Part shown: positions 56,199-58,902 of the stretch, in pieces | How the letters are laid out: each line of letters begins with the position of its first letter | How positions within the stretch are numbered: position 1 is the stretch's first letter | Virus record (IMG/VR): IMGVR_UViG_3300005096_000055 | Coordinates: 1 to 58,902 of that record | Source of the DNA: a virus | Taxonomy: Duplodnaviria; Caudoviricetes | Length of the DNA: 58,902 bases | Reading direction: 5' to 3' (one strand) | Notes under the pieces: generated by a model | Seen by the model: only the letters and a program-made list of their open reading frames with translations | What the model was told of the DNA's origin: nothing | Databases searched by the model: none | Translations under genes and position numbers: made by a program

Positions 56199-58276
56199 CT
56201 CAATCCCCTGTCTCTCGGTGCTCCGGACTTCACTAACGCCTCACTCCACCACTTCGGCAGCATCTTGCGGTTCTTGTTCATGATGTTCTTGACGAACTGC
56301 TTGTCCAAGATGTAGGTCTCTGACGAATCGTCCCTTGACCTCATCGCTCTACCCGTCATCTGCACGACGCTTCTGATCGTCAGCATCGAGTACCAGCCTT
56401 GGCCACCCTTGCTATACAGCCTCCCGTTCACCTGCTTATCCTTGAGGTTCGGGTACGGGATCTTGGCAACCACCACCACACGGCAGAGATCACCCTTCAA
56501 GTCAACGCCTCTATCGAAGCTCGGCGCCAACATCACACCATCGGTAGATCGATCCAGCCACCTTCTCAGTGCTGGTTCCCTCTCCCTTGAGTTTGAGTAC
56601 GTGTGGACACGATGCTTCTGACTCCCCACCATGTTGTCCTCAAGGTACCGTGCAAGTGCATATGAGACAGTATGTACCAACACCCGCTCACCCTGGTGAT
56701 ACTCAGCAATCTTGCCAACAGTCTTTGCCATTGCCGGCCACGCCACATCCTTCTCTTTCCAGGTCATGTTGGCAACAGGCATGACGTAGATAGGCCTTGA
56801 CTCAACAGGGAAGCCACTCTCCATTGTCACAACGCCCCACTCATCATCATCAAGGCCGAGGTCCTCAGCCATCTGTTGGGCTGAGATGATGGTGGCCGAC
56901 ATGAGCAACCACTTCTTGGCATGGCTCCACAAGATGTCTTGGGCATAGTCGGCCACTGTGATGGGCTTGAACGTGGCATCGCCCTTCTCGTAGTCCATGT
57001 AGACCCAGCCCTCGAGGCCATGTTCTTCGTCGCTCCATGCTCTAGCCTCATAGTCCCAGCCACCGAGCGCTTTCAGCCTCGAGACCAACTGCTGGAGCTT
57101 TGAGCGCTCATCCTCGAGCTTCTTGTCTCGTGAGTACCCAGGTGTGTCCTTGATCTCTTCGATACGACCCACGAGCTTTGGGTGAGCCTCATTGCGGATC
57201 CACTCAACCCACGAGCTCATCACGGTCTTCTTCTCGGGAGGATTGATGCCGTACCTGACCATGTTGCGTTTCGAGATCGATACGGTGACAAATCCGAGGA
57301 GCTGCTGCTCGAGCACATCAGCCTCATCGATGATGATGAGGGGCTCGTCAGTGAACTTGTTCTGGTAGTTGGCCATGGTCAAGAGGTAAGCGATGTTGGC
57401 CACTGCAAGCTTCGACTTCAGTGCCGTTGCCTTAGCTGACTCGTATGGACACAGGCCAATCTCGTCGCACAGCTCGCACTCAGTCTTGTTGCCACCTGTG
57501 CGCGTACACTGGCTGGCATTGATCGTTGGGAATCTGGTTGGGTGGTTCAGTGTGGGGTAGTTTGCTCGCCCCTTGATGACATCGGCGTAATCGAAGTCCT
57601 CAAGGAACTGGTCTTGGAGTGTCAGGGTCGAGCATGTGTAGATGACCCTACCTGGGGACTCTTTTCTCCTGATGAGCTCACCGATGAGTGTCTTGCCTGC
57701 TCCAGTCGGTGCATCGAGGAACACGATCTTCTTTCCCTCGGCGTACATCTCGAGCACTTGCTCGAGTGCATCCACCTGCCCTTGCCTCAAGTACTCCACC
57801 CATTTCGGCAGTGGTCGGTACTCCCTGTCTGAGTTGAACTCTCGATCTAATGCCTCTCGTGCTTCCTCGATGGAAGCACCGGAACCCTCGACAAAGGGGA
57901 GCATCTCGCGTAAGGGGTAGGTAACGCTAGATGGTGAAGCTTCGTCGAGGGCCCCAGTGTTCTGTTGCGGTTCTTCTTGGATGTCCACATCGATGTCGAC
58001 CTTGCCTTTGCGTGCAAGTGTGATGTAGACGATGTGTGAGCAGATCTTGCGGTACTCGCCACCTTGATGGCCCTGGCAAGAGCAGCGGTATTTGCGCTCA
58101 CCTTCAGGCAGCACGATGAAGTACTGATCGTACTGGTCACCGAGCTTTGGGTTCCCCTCAACGATCCACTTGCCCTGGCCAACCTGGATTCCGTGCCTCT
58201 TCTTGGCGCGGTTCACGAGCGTCGGCCTGAACGAGTCCTCTATCTTGTGGCTTCTTGTGGTGTCCCACGATGCCAT
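56195..58276 (-). CDS. DinG/XPD-family SF2 helicase with N-terminal SWIM finger
   Basis: CSCQ..CSH; APTGAGKT, IIDEAD, MSAT, GVDLKGD, QMTGRAMRS; Cys cluster C..C..C..CPY. Confidence 0.9.
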   Translation of the reverse strand: MASWDTTRSHKIEDSFRPTLVNRAKKRHGIQVGQGKWIVEGNPKLGDQYDQYFIVLPEGERKYRCSCQGHQGGEYRKICSHIVYITLARKGKVDIDVDIQEEPQQNTGALDEASPSSVTYPLREMLPFVEGSGASIEEAREALDREFNSDREYRPLPKWVEYLRQGQVDALEQVLEMYAEGKKIVFLDAPTGAGKTLIGELIRRKESPGRVIYTCSTLTLQDQFLEDFDYADVIKGRANYPTLNHPTRFPTINASQCTRTGGNKTECELCDEIGLCPYESAKATALKSKLAVANIAYLLTMANYQNKFTDEPLIIIDEADVLEQQLLGFVTVSISKRNMVRYGINPPEKKTVMSSWVEWIRNEAHPKLVGRIEEIKDTPGYSRDKKLEDERSKLQQLVSRLKALGGWDYEARAWSDEEHGLEGWVYMDYEKGDATFKPITVADYAQDILWSHAKKWLLMSATIISAQQMAEDLGLDDDEWGVVTMESGFPVESRPIYVMPVANMTWKEKDVAWPAMAKTVGKIAEYHQGERVLVHTVSYALARYLEDNMVGSQKHRVHTYSNSREREPALRRWLDRSTDGVMLAPSFDRGVDLKGDLCRVVVVAKIPYPNLKDKQVNGRLYSKGGQGWYSMLTIRSVVQMTGRAMRSRDDSSETYILDKQFVKNIMNKNRKMLPKWWSEALVKSGAPRDRGLR

Positions 58277-58471
58277 TCGTACCCCTTTGCGATGTCAGTC
58301 ATCATATCTTGTGCTTCCCGCCGCCAAGCGTCAACCCCCTGTTTGCGAGGATCACCAGTGCAACGGATCGACGGAAATCCTTGTCCTCGAGGATGTTGAT
58401 CCCCTTCTTGCGAGCGATGCGAATAGCGGCATCGATCACCTGCTTATCGCTGTACCTACCCACCACCGTAC

Positions 58472-58902
58472 CTATCGGCCGACAGTCTTGAGTCTCGAGT
58501 TCAGGTCAGAGACATAGCCGGCCCTGAACTCCTCGGGTATTGCGGACTCAGCTTTGTCAAGGAGGTCGTTGAGGTAGAGCCGTAGCTTCTTGTCCTGTCT
58601 CGTGCCAGTGAGGTGTGCGATGTGCTCCTCGATCGCTGACATCATGTCGACGTACTCCTCGCGCTGTTGCCTTGCACGCAGCGCTTCGTTGTGGATCGTC
58701 CACATCGTGATCTTACGCTCGAGGTCTGGGTCATCAACAAGAGCTTGGATGTCGTGGAGGCGATGGATAACGGCATCTCGGATGAAGTCTTGAGCGGTCT
58801 TGTAGTCAGGGATCTTGCCTGACTGTACGGCTGATGCGAGCTCGCCTGCCACATTCACCGGGAATTTGCAGGTGATCTTGGCGGAGTGGCCCTTCTTGTC
58901 TG
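58472..58902 (-). CDS. 3' part of ribbon-helix-helix protein (continues from 179..1)
   Basis: ITCKFP....ELASAV....YKTAQDFIRDAVIHRL. Confidence 0.75.
   Translation of the reverse strand, partial: DKKGHSAKITCKFPVNVAGELASAVQSGKIPDYKTAQDFIRDAVIHRLHDIQALVDDPDLERKITMWTIHNEALRARQQREEYVDMMSAIEEHIAHLTGTRQDKKLRLYLNDLLDKAESAIPEEFRAGYVSDLNSRLKTVGR
58812..58902. repeat. Terminal direct repeat, copy 2
   Basis: Identical to 1-91. Confidence 0.95.

Noticed and set aside
1-58902. Stop-codon reassignment
   Set aside because: Core genes are intact in the standard code and no suppressor tRNA was seen

Overview
Apparently a complete, circularly assembled ~58.8 kb tailed (siphovirus-type) bacteriophage genome: bases 1-91 repeat at 58812-58902 and one ORF runs across the junction. 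The host is probably actinobacterial, inferred from high GC, leaderless promoters and the style of the SSB and head-tail genes. Layout: (i) 1.0-11.3 kb, minus-strand early region of small genes, most preceded by a conserved structured intergenic element plus an AAAGGGGTAAG RBS, and fed by a ~690-nt structured leader; (ii) 12.7-14.2 kb, plus-strand unit with five tRNAs alternating with unexplained structured RNAs; (iii) 14.1-22.0 kb, minus-strand accessory genes including rtcB and a permuted MazG-like gene; (iv) 22.1-48.4 kb, packaging, virion and lysis genes, with a class 3 intein in TerL and a -1 frameshifted tail chaperone; (v) 48.5-58.9 kb, minus-strand recombination/repair genes (EndoVII-like, ERCC4, AAA ATPase, Cas4-like, Rnl2 RNA ligase, DinG/XPD helicase). 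No integrase, DNA polymerase or primase was recognised. Most striking: rtcB carries a ~477-nt in-frame, stop-free insertion that is not a canonical intein. It encodes an HNH endonuclease on the opposite strand with its own promoter, its two ends are complementary, and it is bounded by matching CAT codons. All calls are by eye from motifs; no database search or folding program was run.
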